The notes under the pieces were generated by a model, which was not told the DNA's origin, did not search any database, and saw only the letters and a program-made list of their open reading frames with translations. Both the position numbers and the translations under genes were made by a program. A DNA stretch of 54,174 nucleotides, filler included, from Sphacelaria rigidula (Eukaryota), in NCBI GenBank assembly GCA_964200075.2. It is 3 parts of 3 records of this genome, joined end to end, with 100 filler letters (N's around TTAATTAATTAA, not from the genome) between each part and the next. Parts side by side here need not be neighbours in the genome. Positions count along the whole stretch, not along the records: positions 36,189 to 54,174 come from CAXNAA020000945.1; 2 more parts are not named here. One strand, written 5' to 3'. Of the stretch, positions 37,045 through 50,220 are shown in pieces; within the stretch, counting starts at the first letter, position 1; every line of letters begins with the position of its first letter.

Positions 37045-38700
37045 GTGCTGTACTTCTGATTGAACATACTTCACAGATATGTCACCACTAGCAACCAACT
37101 CCCTGAGAAAATGATATCGTTTATCAATGTGTTTTTATGTTCGGCGACGCTTAAGGAGTTTTAGCTATGTCTACCGCCCCCTTGTTGTTCTCAAAAATGC
37201 CAATGCTTTTCGACTCCAAACTCGGCATTAGGAACTTCAGAATCCCCTCACATACAGGGCTTCTTTGACACCGTCTGCCATTGCTACATAGTCTGACTCA
37301 GTAGTAGATAGGGTGACGCACTTCTGCGTCCTGGAGAACCAAGACACAAGCGTACCTCCACAGCAAATTGCTACACCGGAAACGGAACGGCGGTCCTCTG
37401 CCTTACGGGCGTAGTCTGCGTCAACGTACGTATCCAAATCAAACTGCAGCTGAATACATCCCAAGTCGCTACTTTTGTTGAAAAGTAAACCTTCGTCCTA
37501 CGTAGCATTCGAACACTCGAGTATCTTCTGTGCTGCCTTGCAGTGAGTCAGCTTGGGTTGATGAGAGACCCGAGCGACTGCCCAAACTGCATTCGCGATA
37601 TTGGGCCTCGTTTGGTTGGCTATCCACATCAAGCTCTCCACGATTTCCCGTAAAAGGCACATCCACCACGGTCTCCCCTTCGTTCGTATGCCTGAGGTCT
37701 AGAGAAGGGGTAGCGGGAATGGGACTAGTCTTCGAGACGTCAAAATGATTTAGCACACTCTTGACGAATTGGGTTTACAAAATCTCCAAAGTATCTTTTT
37801 CCCTGCTCCCTTTGTACTCACTTCCCATGTACCACTCTACCTCGGCGAGATGTTTAGTGACAAATATCTGATTGAGTGCACCGACTATTATCATCGTAAC
37901 TTCCTCAGTAGCTGCTGTTAATATCATGATATCGTCCACATGAAAGACCATCATCGCCACAACGTCTACAGCAACCCTCAGTCGAAACACACAGGAATCT
38001 GCAAAGCATTGCTCGAAACCACATTCCACCAGGGCTGACGACAATAGCTGATACCATGCACGAACACTCTGCTTCAAACCGTACAAAGCCTTGTTAAGGC
38101 GGACTACCTTACCAGATACGGATCCACAACCGGGAGGCAGGCGCAAGTAGATACCGGTGTCCGACTGCGACTGAATGAAAGCCTGGGCTACATCCAAGTG
38201 CCTCAAATCCTAGTCTAGCTTACATGTTATAGTCGCTACTACTATTTGCGGAGTAGGAGATGCCCTAAGGGCAAATGTCTCAAACTAGTCCACTCCCTCT
38301 ACCTCACTGTATCACATGGCTACCATACGGGCTTTCGCCCGGTCGATCATATCATGTAAATCATGTTCCCACTAGTACACCCACTTCGCGCCCATAATAT
38401 TGCACCCCTTTGGAATGTCAGTCACATCTGCGAATGCCCCGGCAACCGTAAGCCCACCGAACTCTATCCTCATCGCCTCCGTCCACACATCCGAGTATTG
38501 TGATGAACTCGCCCCAGGGTATGACAACGGCTCCGGCCCCACTTCCTTGACGAGACATTTAGCGAGCTCGCCCGGCTTACGGGTGATCTCCTGTATCGCC
38601 CGCAGGCAATGGATTATTTTTCCCCCTTCATCGGGCCCTAATATTATCACGATGCTTCTTGATCGAGCGCTTGCGTCTACGCTCTGGTTCGTCCAACTTC
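37045..38700 (-). mobile_element. pol: Second, distinct copia RT-RNase H fragment, no LTRs seen
   Basis: HLDVAQAF, LNKALYGLKQS, FHVDDIM, YVDADYA..DRRSVSG, VTLSTTESDYVAM. Confidence 0.93.
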
Positions 38701-39377
38701 CTCGTCATTTCCAGATCCAACCAGATTTGACTCGAGTTGCCGCGCCGCAGACCGCGCTGCCGTTGGAACTGAAATGCTTTCGTCCGATGAAGCCGAGTCG
38801 CTCTCCTCCACTGAGAGGTCGCCGTCGACAGACGGCTCACCACGCTCACTGGTTTAATGGGTAAGCTATTCGCTTCCCCTGCCGCTCACTGGTTCAATGG
38901 GTAAACTGTTCGCTACCTGAACACGTCGCTATCTTTGGTGTCGCGCTGCAGCAGTGCGCACTAGAGGGAAAAGCGGCCAGATTCTGTTCCGCAAAATGTT
39001 TTTTTTTCTTTTGGTGCAACACTGCACCCCCGCCGCGCGTGCGCCCCGTGGAAACACCAGATTGTTCCTGAACTGCCAGCCGGTGGAATTGTTCCAAGGC
39101 GATGCTCGTCGTCGAAGGATTAAAATCGAACCTGCAAATTGAACGCCGAATATTTTCGTCATTTTCGTCATGCCTCGACATGAAACCTAGTATGATCCAC
39201 AGAGGACGTCCAAGGTGAACGTTAGACCTTGCTGTTGATGGCGTAGTCGAAAATTCGTCAACCGCTTGACCACCGAAGTGGGTTTAGTAGGACTCTCAAT
39301 CATTTCCCGGGTGGAAGTCATGTCGATTCCACGGATGATCACCCCCGGAGGTCAAAGTGTCAAGATTTGAAAGGTTT

Positions 39378-40374
39378 CAAAGGCAGGTCGGATTGGGTGT
39401 ACAATTCCCGATACCTGGATATTTTGAAAATTTGTAACTTTGGTCCTCAAAGTATTGGGCAGAATATTGAGATCGTGCCCAAAATTTCCAATTTGGGGAA
39501 AAATATTGAGATCATACCCGACGCTACCAAGAGTTTTGTGATCATACTCAAGTGACTCTCTAACCCTGTGTATAATTGGTGAGATTACCCATTTTCAGGT
39601 AGAATATCAAGATCATACTCAACTCTAGCTCTACCCAGTTTTGGGGTGGAGTATTGACATCGTACCGACCTAGTCCCGAATATTGGGCAAAGTAATGAGA
39701 TCTTACCCAACTGATACTCGACGCCGGTTATTGTGCAGAGTATTTACCCAGAATTTAGCAGCCGATCATCGAAATTGAGGATGGAGCTTCTCATTAGGGA
39801 TGAGAACCCAGACGATTAAAATCTTCGTATCCACACCAGATCTTCGAAATATGATATCATTCCTTCACCCACTGATAGCTATCGACAAGTATTACAGGTC
39901 GTACAAACTTGGATGTCGATAATCGGAATGCTGAGGTCCTAGGTGAAGAACAAATAAATTTCTATCCGATTCGGATCGCCTAGATTCCCCGAAATTTGTT
40001 CTTCATCTATAATAGAACCCCAACATTTCGGTTATCGACATCCAAATTCGTATGACGTGTTGTACTTGTCCATAGCTACCTGAAGGTGAAGGAATGGAGC
40101 CATATTTCAATCATTTGGTGCGGATACGAAGATTTGAATCCTCCGGGTTCTCACCCTCAAGGAAAATACCATCCTAAATTTCGGTGGTCGGCTGTCATTT
40201 GTGTACGTGTAGTATTGAGATCATACCCAACTCCACCCAAACGTTGGGTAGAGTATTGAGATCGTACCCATGGGTAGAGGATCGAAATCATCCCCTATTA
40301 ACCCCACACTTAGTAAATACCCGGGTATTACACCCGGGTACTCGGAAGTACATACCGTACCCAATCGGTGATTG
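39378..40374. mobile_element. Degenerate MITE of the attgagatcatacccaa family, with a nested palindromic element
   Basis: Many attgagatc(a/g)taccca subrepeats at 39460-39750 and 40210-40365. Same family as 19316-19547 and 42275-42773. Boundaries approximate. Confidence 0.6.
39759..40194. mobile_element. Almost fully palindromic 436-bp foldback element
   Basis: cagccgatcatcgaaatt / aatttcggtggtcggctg at the ends. Internal pairs atcttcgtatcc/ggatacgaagat, cattccttcacc/ggtgaaggaatg and ttggatgtcgataa/ttatcgacatccaa. Confidence 0.88.
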
Positions 40375-40557
40375 CTCATGCCTTACTACTGCTGTATGCA
40401 CATGTTTTTGAAAACCGCAAATTTGCACTTTCACCGATCCCACACAAACAATGAACAAACTAACTTCGTCTCACAAGTATAAGTTATAGACACCACACGC
40501 TACCGAAACTACTGTACTCGAACAGGCGGTGCAGTCAGTTCACTGTAGTACAGTATA

Positions 40558-41454
40558 CAGTACTTTACATCTGAAACAGAATATTGTCGTAGTTTTTTCG
40601 CAATTGGGGAGATTCGAAAGTGTTTTCGGATGCCACCGCTCATCCCAGGGAACTTTTGGTCCCAAAGTTTGGGGATCGGGAGATACTAAGTGTCCCCTCC
40701 ACATTCCGAAATAAGATCACACCTGCGCTCATTATTGAACGACTGACAAGCTGCCCGGTTTTCGGGGGTCCTGAGACTACCCAGCCCCAGGTTCTGACCC
40801 TTGAGTATTTTTACTCGATTGAAGCAATACCAATCGCTTTCCGGAACAAATGAAATGGATTGCTTTCGTTAATTTCTACCTATTTATTGCGCTAGAGTAA
40901 AACAACTGTGATTTTTGGACCAGTGACGGTCGATCACCCCCCCCCCTGACGGACAAGGTACTTACTCCATATCACCCCAAAAATACCAATTGAGGATTAT
41001 GTTCCGAGCATGACCTGCTTTTCCCCCATCATCTATCGACGCAAGGACGGATACTACTCGAAAAAAATTAGGAAGTACCCAAAGACGAAAGTTGTCCAAC
41101 CGAGCTCTGCATAGGACAGGCAGGCGTGAACCAATTCCGATCACTCTTATGAATGATTTCACGGACCCTAATTGTTTTATTTTTACCTATTTATTGCGCT
41201 AGAGCAGAAAAAATGTGTTTTGGACTAAAAACGGTCAATAACACACCTTGTCAGTTCAGCTCGGAAGTCGTTCAATATTGAGCGCAGAGACGACTTTTGT
41301 TTCGGAATGTGGAGCGGATGCCCAGTATCTCCCGACTCCCAAACGTTGGGATCAATCGCTCGTTGACATGAGCGGTAGCACGGGAAAACAAAAAATGAAA
41401 ATCGACGACTACGAAAAGATGGCAAAAATCTCCGCTTTCAGATGAAAACTACTG
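40558..41454. mobile_element. Tc1/mariner-like non-autonomous element with TA TSD
   Basis: ta|cagtactttacatctgaaa ... tttcagatgaaaactactg|ta. Degenerate inverted similarity extends about 190 bp. A related end is at 23840-23994. Confidence 0.7.
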
Positions 41455-41977
41455 TAGTATATAGGGCAGGGCAGGACAGGACAAAAGTACAAGCTGTAAG
41501 CGAACAAGATGAAACTATAAATCAGACCAGTTTTTACACGGCGCAAGATATTGCCCGTTGATAATATCAAGGGCATTTCCGTTCGTTGTGCTTTTTTTCT
41601 TCAGTTCAAAAGTATGTGTTTTTAGACACCACACGCCACCGAAACTACTGTACAGTGCAGTGTGTGCACTGTATATAGGACAGGACACGTCAAAAGAACA
41701 TGCAGTACAAATAGAAGATTGGTCTTACCACTGCTGTACTTTTGTACAGACAGTACTATGTTGTCCTTTTGGTAGCGTGTGGTCCGCGTTGTCGCTCATT
41801 TTTTACCCCCTCTACCCATCTATCCGTCAACCCGTCTACTCGAATACGCGAAGGTGGTGAGCGCTCTGCGCTGAACACTGAAATCTGGCCACGACTCGGA
41901 GCTATCATTTGCGGGGCGATAAAACTGCACACTTTATTTTGGTATTTACGGACACAATACCCTCGCAGCCAAAGCAG

Positions 41978-42234
41978 CACACGTCGGACAGCTCATGATC
42001 TCCCTGAATATTACTTCTTGTTCGAGCACTGATCTGAATCATTACCTAGCTCGTTTGGCCCCTTTTTCCATATTTGTTCGCGACACCTCTGGACGCTATA
42101 TACGCGGAGTAGCGCAAAGGTGGCGCTTTGACTTCTCGAACCCTGCTGTCACGTACTTTGTATTTTTGGATGTCGGGTCTTTGAGTCGTCCTCGAACAGT
42201 TATTTCAGGTAGCTCATGAGCTGCCCGATGTGTG
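41978..42234. mobile_element. Small TIR element with CACAC termini
   Basis: cacacgtcggacagctcatga / tcatgagctgcccgatgtgtg. A related end is at 23741-23832. Confidence 0.7.
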
Positions 42235-42274
42235 CAAGGTCGTCTTTGAAGTGACGACAGGAAGTCACCAACGG

Positions 42275-42773
42275 CCAGGGTTTCTGCAATCATACCCGAG
42301 TGGTACTCTATACCCGGGTATTGCTGAGAATAAGTACCGATACTTTGGGTGAGGCGTTGAGATCGTACCCAAATTATCTAAAATCTGGGTAGCGTATTTA
42401 AATCATACCCAAATCTACCCGAAAGTTGGGTAGTAGTATCTATTGATAGGTCGTACCCATGTGATACTCTGTGCCAGGGTGTTACCGAGAATACTTACCC
42501 AGTTTTGGGGTAGATTATTGAGATCATACCCATTCTACCCATAATTTGAGTGGAGTATTCAGTTCATGCGCAAGTGATACTCTATACCCGGTATTGCTGA
42601 AATTCGCTTACCCAGCTTTTGATTATGATATTGAAATCATACCCAACTCTACCAAAAATATGGGTAGAGCATCGAGATCGTGCTCAATCTACCCAGAGCC
42701 TTGGGTAGACTACACACCCGGGTATTATCCCCGGGTGCTCAGAAGTGCATATACCCTGCCAGATATGCCCTTG
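42275..42773. mobile_element. Degenerate MITE of the attgagatcatacccaa family
   Basis: Same subrepeats. Ends ataccctgccagatatgcccttg, similar to the 19547 terminus. Confidence 0.6.
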
Positions 42774-45700
42774 GATGGTTCACGTAAGAACCCTTGGAAA
42801 CGTAATCGTTTTTTTCGATGCTACCATGACGAGGACGGATCCCGAAATTTCCTTCGTGGTAGAGGGCTGTTTATTCTTCAGTGTCTAGTGGCAGGTCAGA
42901 GCCCGCCCGTCGGTACAGCACACCACCCCTCCCCCGCCAACAACAAGCCAACATGAGCAACACGCCGCTGTCGAGAGTCTTGTGTACCTACACCCCGTCA
43001 CTTAACTCCCACCTCGGCTGATGCGTTTTAAGTCAGGATAAGCAGCCGAGCGGCGGGTGACGGGTGATGGGTCGATTTCGTCCGCAAGGTGCACTTCGCC
43101 GTGGGCATCTCAATTCACATCCTGATCGTTCTCGATTTACAGCTATTATAGCTGCGCCGGGATTCACCACATATCTCTGCTGACCGAGAACGCAGTCCCG
43201 CCCTTCCCTCCGTTTTTGCATCAACCCGCAATGGTGTTGCGATCGCTGGGACCCTCCGGCGGTCGTGATCAGTGGCGACGGCTGTCGCTAATTCGAGGTG
43301 CGCTTTCCTGCAGGCAGCGAACTTGAGGGGCCTGTCAGAATTGCTGTTGCTTCTTTCCGAAAGCACCTCCACCAACGTAACCTAGATATGGGCGACGATC
43401 TTGCGCTGCCCGGACTGTCCTGTATAGAACTCTGCCCTGGGAGCGCGGCCCCCTCGGTTTGTCTGGGCGGCCATCGCTCCGATCCGCATAGTCTTGTCGT
43501 GTGTCAACGTTTTATCGTACCTGGTGCCATCCGTACCTGCACCTCACGTACGAAGGCTGCTGTGATCGTATCTCTTGCTTCCGGCCGGGAAGTGATGGTG
43601 TTTCATCGTGGGAGTGGGCCTGAACCCTCAACTACGGACGCGTTGACTTTCGATCATGTCCGTACATCGTAGTTTCTGTACGACCCAACGCACGTTTCAG
43701 ATTTCGCATCCATTTTTTCGCGTACGGAGCACTTTAGACCCAAGCCTGCCTGACTAGCATTTCCCTACGAGGTTCAATTTCCGACACATTCCCAACATAA
43801 CAACTGCCGCAATGCTCTAGAAAATGGAAGAGGAATATGTACACACGCATGAGCACGGCGAAACACCTAAAAACTGTGACTCGGATCAGTGTAGACATTA
43901 CACCGATCGAAAGTTGACTTGAAAAATTGTTGTAGGTGTGCCATATGAAAGCCCGTTGTCGGCGCTTCCGACATCTTCCGTTCATGCGCTTTTGGAATCC
44001 CTCGGACGATATTCCAATCCAAACGATGTTGAATTCGGTCTCATATCAACTTGAATAATTACCATCACGAGCAGGTGTCCGTCGGGGGGCCTCAAGCTCA
44101 ACCTTCGGGACGAATCTTCAACAGATGAGCATGACACTTCAAAGAAGAATATGGAACCTTCGCAGTGTTGCTTTCAAAAGTTCGGGTGCTCTTCGGAATC
44201 ATCTTCGAGCTGGAGTTTCGAATTTCAAGGAGGTCCGAATGGAGCTTCAATCAAAGCAAAGTAGAACAGACCTTCGACGAAGGTTCGACTTTCAAGCCCG
44301 ACGTTCGATTCGCATGTGTGGTAAGAAAACCGGCCGCTCTTCCTGTTCGCCTACACAAAGTAGCTACATTGTCCGGTGTAGAGCGGCGTGGCCTTGCGTA
44401 CCGAAGAGTGCGTCACATAATCTTCCCACATGTGACTGTCAGGTGCTGCACACCCCGACGCACATTACAGCGTACATTCACGCACTGCAACCCATCACCT
44501 GCTTCGAGCATGTACATGCCTCGTACATGACAACCTTGCGGTAAAGTCACCCAACCGCACAAAACGTATTGTTGCAATCGTCTCTCACTTTCAAACCGCA
44601 TCCTTGAGCCTGAAGTTCGGAGCTTGAGGCTAGGATTTGTGGGGGCATATGTAACCGTTCGCAGATATCCGAAGTGCGTGTCTCGAAGCTCCGAGTTATA
44701 ATTTCATATCTCCACATAAGCTAGCCGCACCTGTCCTGAGGTCGCAACCCTCGCAAGGAGATCAGGTGGGCAGTGCTGCTGTGTCTCCTGAGATTCAGCC
44801 TATACGAACCTTGTACGAGAGGCATGTCACGATGGGGTAGAGCTTGTGCGGCGTTGCGAATGTTGTATGCTTAGTTTGCACGCGTTAGTGGAACCGGCCG
44901 GCTATGAAGGATCGCGAGGTTGGGTCAAGGCTCAAACAAAGCCTGTCCAAGGCTCAGCTTTGCCATGGCTCACTGTCTTGCTAAGATTTCAAGTCTGGAA
45001 TCATGGGGATGCAGAAATATTCAATTCCCCGTCACTTCTCCCGGGGTCAGCGTATGCCCTTTGCCTCGTTGTTCTCATAAGTTTTTATATTTTTGTTGAA
45101 GAAGCACAAGCCTCGTTGTGTGGATCTTTTTGATAGCAGGCTGCGTCTATGCGGAAGAGAAGATAGTTGGGATATCGCAATCACAAAGATATTATCTAGG
45201 TGCGCCATTATTTGTTTTTCTTGTAAACTCTATGGACAGTATTCGCAGTATCACCTGGTAATCTGCCACTGCTATACCGTAGTATCAACCAATAGGTGAA
45301 GAGTTTTAGTACCTATCGGGGTGAAATGTCCATTCCAATCACACTGACTATGTGCGGGTCACATACGCTTCTTTCCCACCCCGCTGAAAACGCTTATTGT
45401 CGCGCATGTCCTTGCTCTATCTCTGCTCGAGTTAGATTTGTTAAATCATGTGGAGGCTATTTGTTCATGGCAGCGTGCACGGTCGAAGTGCGTGCACATG
45501 CGTAAGAAACCAAACCAAGTTCGCTGATGGGTGATGCCCCCCTCCCCCCCCCCAGATAAGCGTAATGAAGGCCAAGGCAAAATCTACATCTGTGGTGGTC
45601 GGATCTGGTTCCTGAAACTGGCAATGTTTTTCATTCCTCGAAAGAATTTTCAGCACCTGGGTTCTGAAACCAGCTTGAAGTACACTCTTCACAAAAAATG

Positions 45701-46216
45701 CTAAAACCTGGTTGCTGAAGACACCCATCTTCTCGATACGTTGTATAGCCATTTCTTCTTGCCAGGGTTTTGGTCATTTGGGCGGTGGGCGTGAGGGCGT
45801 ACTCATTCGTTGCTTGCCTTAGTCATTTGGCCATTGACCACGCATCCCTTTTTAGACGGAACACCGTGCCTACTCCTAATAGGGACGCCGAAAGTTGGGC
45901 GCTCATGAACCTTTGCCCATATATTACACGAAACCTTTCACACATCTTATCCTCTTCCTAATTCACCGTCTGTGGCCACCATTCACCTCCTAGTATAGCC
46001 ATTGTTTTCCCGCTACTGTCTAATGTATCGAACATTTGAATGTCACATTCCTTCACTTCCCATATCTGCCCCTCTAGCACGTCCCGTTTCTCCTTGTATA
46101 CTTCACATTCTGCCACTGTATGAGTTCGACTCTAGTGCGTTGCCACAGGGGCAATTCTGTGCATCTGCTCCCTCCTCCACTCGACTGCTGGTATACCTCT
46201 TCCTTCTTTCTGGCAG

Positions 46217-47312
46217 GTCCAGGGGTGGGTGTGTGGGGGGGGGCGCTGTCACGGCATCACGCTCATCTGCGGTGTCCGGCTGCTATCTTTGCTGCATCTC
46301 ACGCCGCCTAGCGCCACTCTCAACAAGGTGCAGTCAAGGGCTTCAAACACTTCATGACCGGGATCCGAACATGAGCGGAGGTGCAACGCCCCCAAATCAC
46401 AATTACGAGGATACGGGAGATGTCTCCGACTGCAGCAGCACGTCTTCAGATTCGATTGAGCTAAGCCCGGCGATCCTCAATCGCTCACGAACCGAAGTAA
46501 GAGTTCCCCTGCCTTCGGGAACGTCTAGAATCGCATGGAAACCGCCAAGTTCGACCGGTCTAATGCATTCGGCGGCAATTTTCACGAAGAAAACGGCGGC
46601 GGACGGGCGCCAAACTGTAATAGAAATCACCAGCAACAACGCACATTATCGGGAGTGGCAAGAAGACAACGGAGTGGCCGCCGCCCTCGGCACCGAAAAG
46701 GTGACGAAGATGGTGGACGGTGTACGAAGAACAGTCCATTTCTCCAAACACCAAGAGGTGAAAACGCCAGAAAAGGTGACGAAGGTGGTGGATGGTGTAC
46801 AAAGGACAGCCCATTTCTCCGAACCCCAAGAAGTGAATACGTCAGAAAAGGTGACGAAGATGGTGGACGGGGTACGAAGGACGGTCCATTTCTCCAAACC
46901 CCAAGAAGTGAACACGTCAGACCCAGCAGATGTGTGCCGCCTGTCGGCTAATTGCGGCAAAGCCACAAGCATGGCACCGCGGGTTCCACCAGGGACAGGA
47001 AGCACGTGCCGCAACGATGAATCGATAAGTCCCATTACTGGGCGCAGTAACCCACCGGATGATCTTGTTGACGAGGGGGGCTGTACACCTCAACCGGTGA
47101 GAACCAGCGCTGGTGTCTCGGACCTGCGTCGCGAAGCATCACCGGTGACCACGAGAGAAGCGGCGGCTGAAGAGCAGCGGTCGGTCGAGGTGGACAGAGA
47201 GTCGAGGACAGCGGCAGGAATATCGGCAAGGGAATGCAGAGTTCCGCATCGTCCAACCGGAAGTAGAAGACGCAGTCGATCCCCCAGCCCGAGCCGTAGC
47301 ATTACCACGGAT
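46217..47312 (+). CDS. Large exon of an unknown disordered protein with three 25-aa repeats
   Basis: Lies within the 441-aa open frame. Acceptor ctcttccttctttctggcag, donor GAT|gtgagt (phase 0). Possible ATG at 46371. Confidence 0.6.
46695..46921 (+). repeat. Three 75-bp coding tandem repeats (EKVTKMVDGVRRTVHFSKxQEVxTx)
   Basis: Units start at 46695, 46770 and 46845 and preserve the frame. Confidence 0.95.
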
Positions 47313-48272
47313 GTGAGTGAGCAATGAGAATATATTCCACACGTGTACATTCTGCATTAGATCATACTTACGTTGTAGAACGAGGGGCCATTTCCTAGAG
47401 TATGCAGTGGTATTTGGGGAGACTCAAAGATGTCCAGCAGGATGGCTCCCGAATGTAACCGATAGATCACAATGCAATCCACGTGAGTGCATCTTTACCA
47501 ATGCATCTATTTTGTCAATTGATTGTCGTTCATGGTGGCTACTGTAGTTAACGACTTAAAATGCTTTGTGGCTAACGACCTCGAATATTTTGTGGTTCAA
47601 CGCTTGAGTTACACGGAACTCACACAGCTGGTGGGAGAAGGACAGGGGGGGGGGGGTCTTCATTTGTTGCTCGCCTTAGTCGTTTGACCATTGACCACGC
47701 ATCCCATTTCGAGACGGAGCACCGTTCTGCCGGGGGGAAAAGGGGGGGGGGATGACCGGGGGTTGAAGGTGAGGGAGATGAAACCCATCAGAAAATAGTC
47801 GCGCACACGTGGGTGCGTGCAGGGTGTATGGAATATCGTGTCGCGATCCAACTGCTGATGGGTAGATTTCTGCACGTTACAGGCCGCGCTGCCTCCCTTG
47901 CACCGGAGGATGTATAGACCACTCATCTCCATGTTGCAACACGTACTGAACCAGATAGCCCGAGAGTATGTACCGCATGTAGATGGGATGCGTAGCTCCG
48001 CGAGGGACCCCAATCAGCCCGTCTCGCTTATGCACACGAGACTATTATAAGAGAAAACGAAACCCTGTTTGTATTGCTATCGCTCCGGAATATTTTCGAG
48101 CAAGGTCGTCGTTGTGCGTTAAGGGCTACCGATCGCGTGCTCAAAAGACTTCATCGTAAGAAGTAGTGTCACCGCTTGCACTGAGATTGTCTATCGCATA
48201 TTCGCGATGGGGGCATCATTGTTGCCGCTCGCAACGTTTCCCCATGGTGTGTGCTGGCTCTGCCTTCTGCAG

Positions 48273-48581
48273 TCAGGGAAAGGGGGGGGTGTTGTTCATG
48301 CCGCCGATTCCAGCGACAACGCGAACATACTAAGCTCAGCATCATCATCCTCAGAACCATTAGCACCACCAGGAACCGCCGACGTCGGACTCGAACAAAG
48401 CGAGGAAGTTGCACCTAGAGGTGCTCCCGGTTGCAACGCCCTGATCCCTTCACATAATATCTCCGATTCAGGGATCATCGACGACGTAGGGCAACCTCAG
48501 GAGCTCTTGTCTACACTCGAGGCAACAAACGGTGGGGATCATGTCGAGAGCGAGAAAAATAGGGCTAGGTTGATTGATTAA
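48273..48581 (+). CDS. Next exon candidate of the same gene, running into a LINE tail
   Basis: Acceptor ctctgccttctgcag|TCA is phase 0, compatible with the 47312 donor. The frame is open until the ttgattga tail at about 48570. Confidence 0.45.
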   Translation, partial: SGKGGGVVHAADSSDNANILSSASSSSEPLAPPGTADVGLEQSEEVAPRGAPGCNALIPSHNISDSGIIDDVGQPQELLSTLEATNGGDHVESEKNRARLID

Positions 48582-48890
48582 TTGATTGTTTATCACACTT
48601 CAACTGACCCCCCAGGGGTCCAGCCGTGGTCTCATGACAGACTACCCAAGAACAACGAAACTGAAGCAGTCTCTGAGAAAAAAGGAACATGAAAAAAAGT
48701 ATGAAGCCGATACGCCGGACAAGTATACGTAGCTACTGGTATGTGGCATGGCCATCAATTTTCGGTGCTCCCTATTCTCTTGAGCTTGTGCTGTGGTGAG
48801 TGGATGGTACACCTCAGCTACTGGGGCGTGCCGCGCTGAAATGCTGTTTTTGAATAGACACACGATGGTCGGCGTTTGATCTCACCAAGG
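48570..48890 (-). mobile_element. LINE/SINE 3' end with (TTGA)n tail
   Basis: aggggtccagccgtggt..catga.agac..cccaaga is shared with 4360-4397. Opposite-orientation copies at about 49165-49190 and 49590-49665. Confidence 0.65.
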
Positions 48891-50220
48891 CGACCATGCC
48901 AAACAGGGTGAAAGCTCAGCCAAAGCTTGCAGCATTCGCCATATACCCTCGGGCTGTTTCTAGTCCTCATGGCTCTGGTTCTTTGTGGGGTTCCCGGCTA
49001 GACTCTTGCGGAGCACCTGTCGGGGGCGATTTTGGGACCGTTCCCAGTGTGGGGCGTTTGACAGTCTTGTATGCTCGATATTCTTCCTTTTTCCTCTTTG
49101 TTGTCCTCGTTTCCACTGTAGTTTCCCTTGCGCATGTTTGAGTGTATCAATCTCGGGTTCACCTATCATGTGACCGCGGCTGGATTCGTGCGGATTCATT
49201 ATTGCAAGCGAAACATTCCATTAGTCAATCAGTGACCGTGGTGACGGCCTGTTCGGATAGAGGGGTCATGACTGTTCTTCACGCGGCGTCTCTTATCAGT
49301 CTGTAACTTTTGGTGCCTTGTCTGTTTTTGACAGTTGATAGACACGTGTCCACCATCTCTCAATGGATAACTAAATGTATAAAGGGTATGTCTCTTGCAG
49401 GCACACCGCTTCTGTAAGCATTAGGCTTCAGTGTAGGGGCAGTCTGTGAATGGAGTATGGTGACCTGTTTTGAGTTTGCTGTATAGGTAAACACACGCCT
49501 ATCTCATAGAGGTCCATGTATTGCATTGCCCTTCTTTGACTGCTCGAGCGCCTTTTGACGAGTACTTTCGTGCACGTACCTTGGTACGACTATCTTACTG
49601 TGACCAACGCTGGATTCGAAGCAGACCAGTCAATGTCATACAATCGGCGAATCAATGGATCAATGATTCAGTTCCAAACACCAGCAACACCTGTGCGGGC
49701 TCGCGTTGCCTGTGACATAACGATTTGCTATCTTCACCTCGATATGAGCGTGGCATGCACGTAAGCACAGCGTGGCGGCTCTACCCGCCACCCACCGGAG
49801 ACACCTCAGTGTGAGCCATGTACCTACTCGGTCGCAGCAATGTCGGCGACTCTCCTGCAGTTACGTGACCGACGGGAAGGTCGTCACTTTGCACTAGAAG
49901 CCAACCTGCGCCCAGTAGTTGAAGAGCCGATTTTGTTCGCATTGTCCCCATGTAGAAGCTGTTGTCCCGAGAACGTTTTGAGACCCAGGCTTAGTAACGA
50001 CTAAGAGCGATTTCTGATGGTGTGAGAATGAGGCATACACCAGCTCGAAAGAATGTAGTCCACGCATACACCAGACCGGTCCCAGTCACTACGACCGCAA
50101 TAAAGTGCAGTGGGAGTAGAGCACAGCGCAGCACCGCACCGCACCGCACCGCACAGTAGAGTAAATAATGTAGTCCATCTACATAGTATGTCCATCTCCA
50201 TCTCACTCTGTCACCGACAG

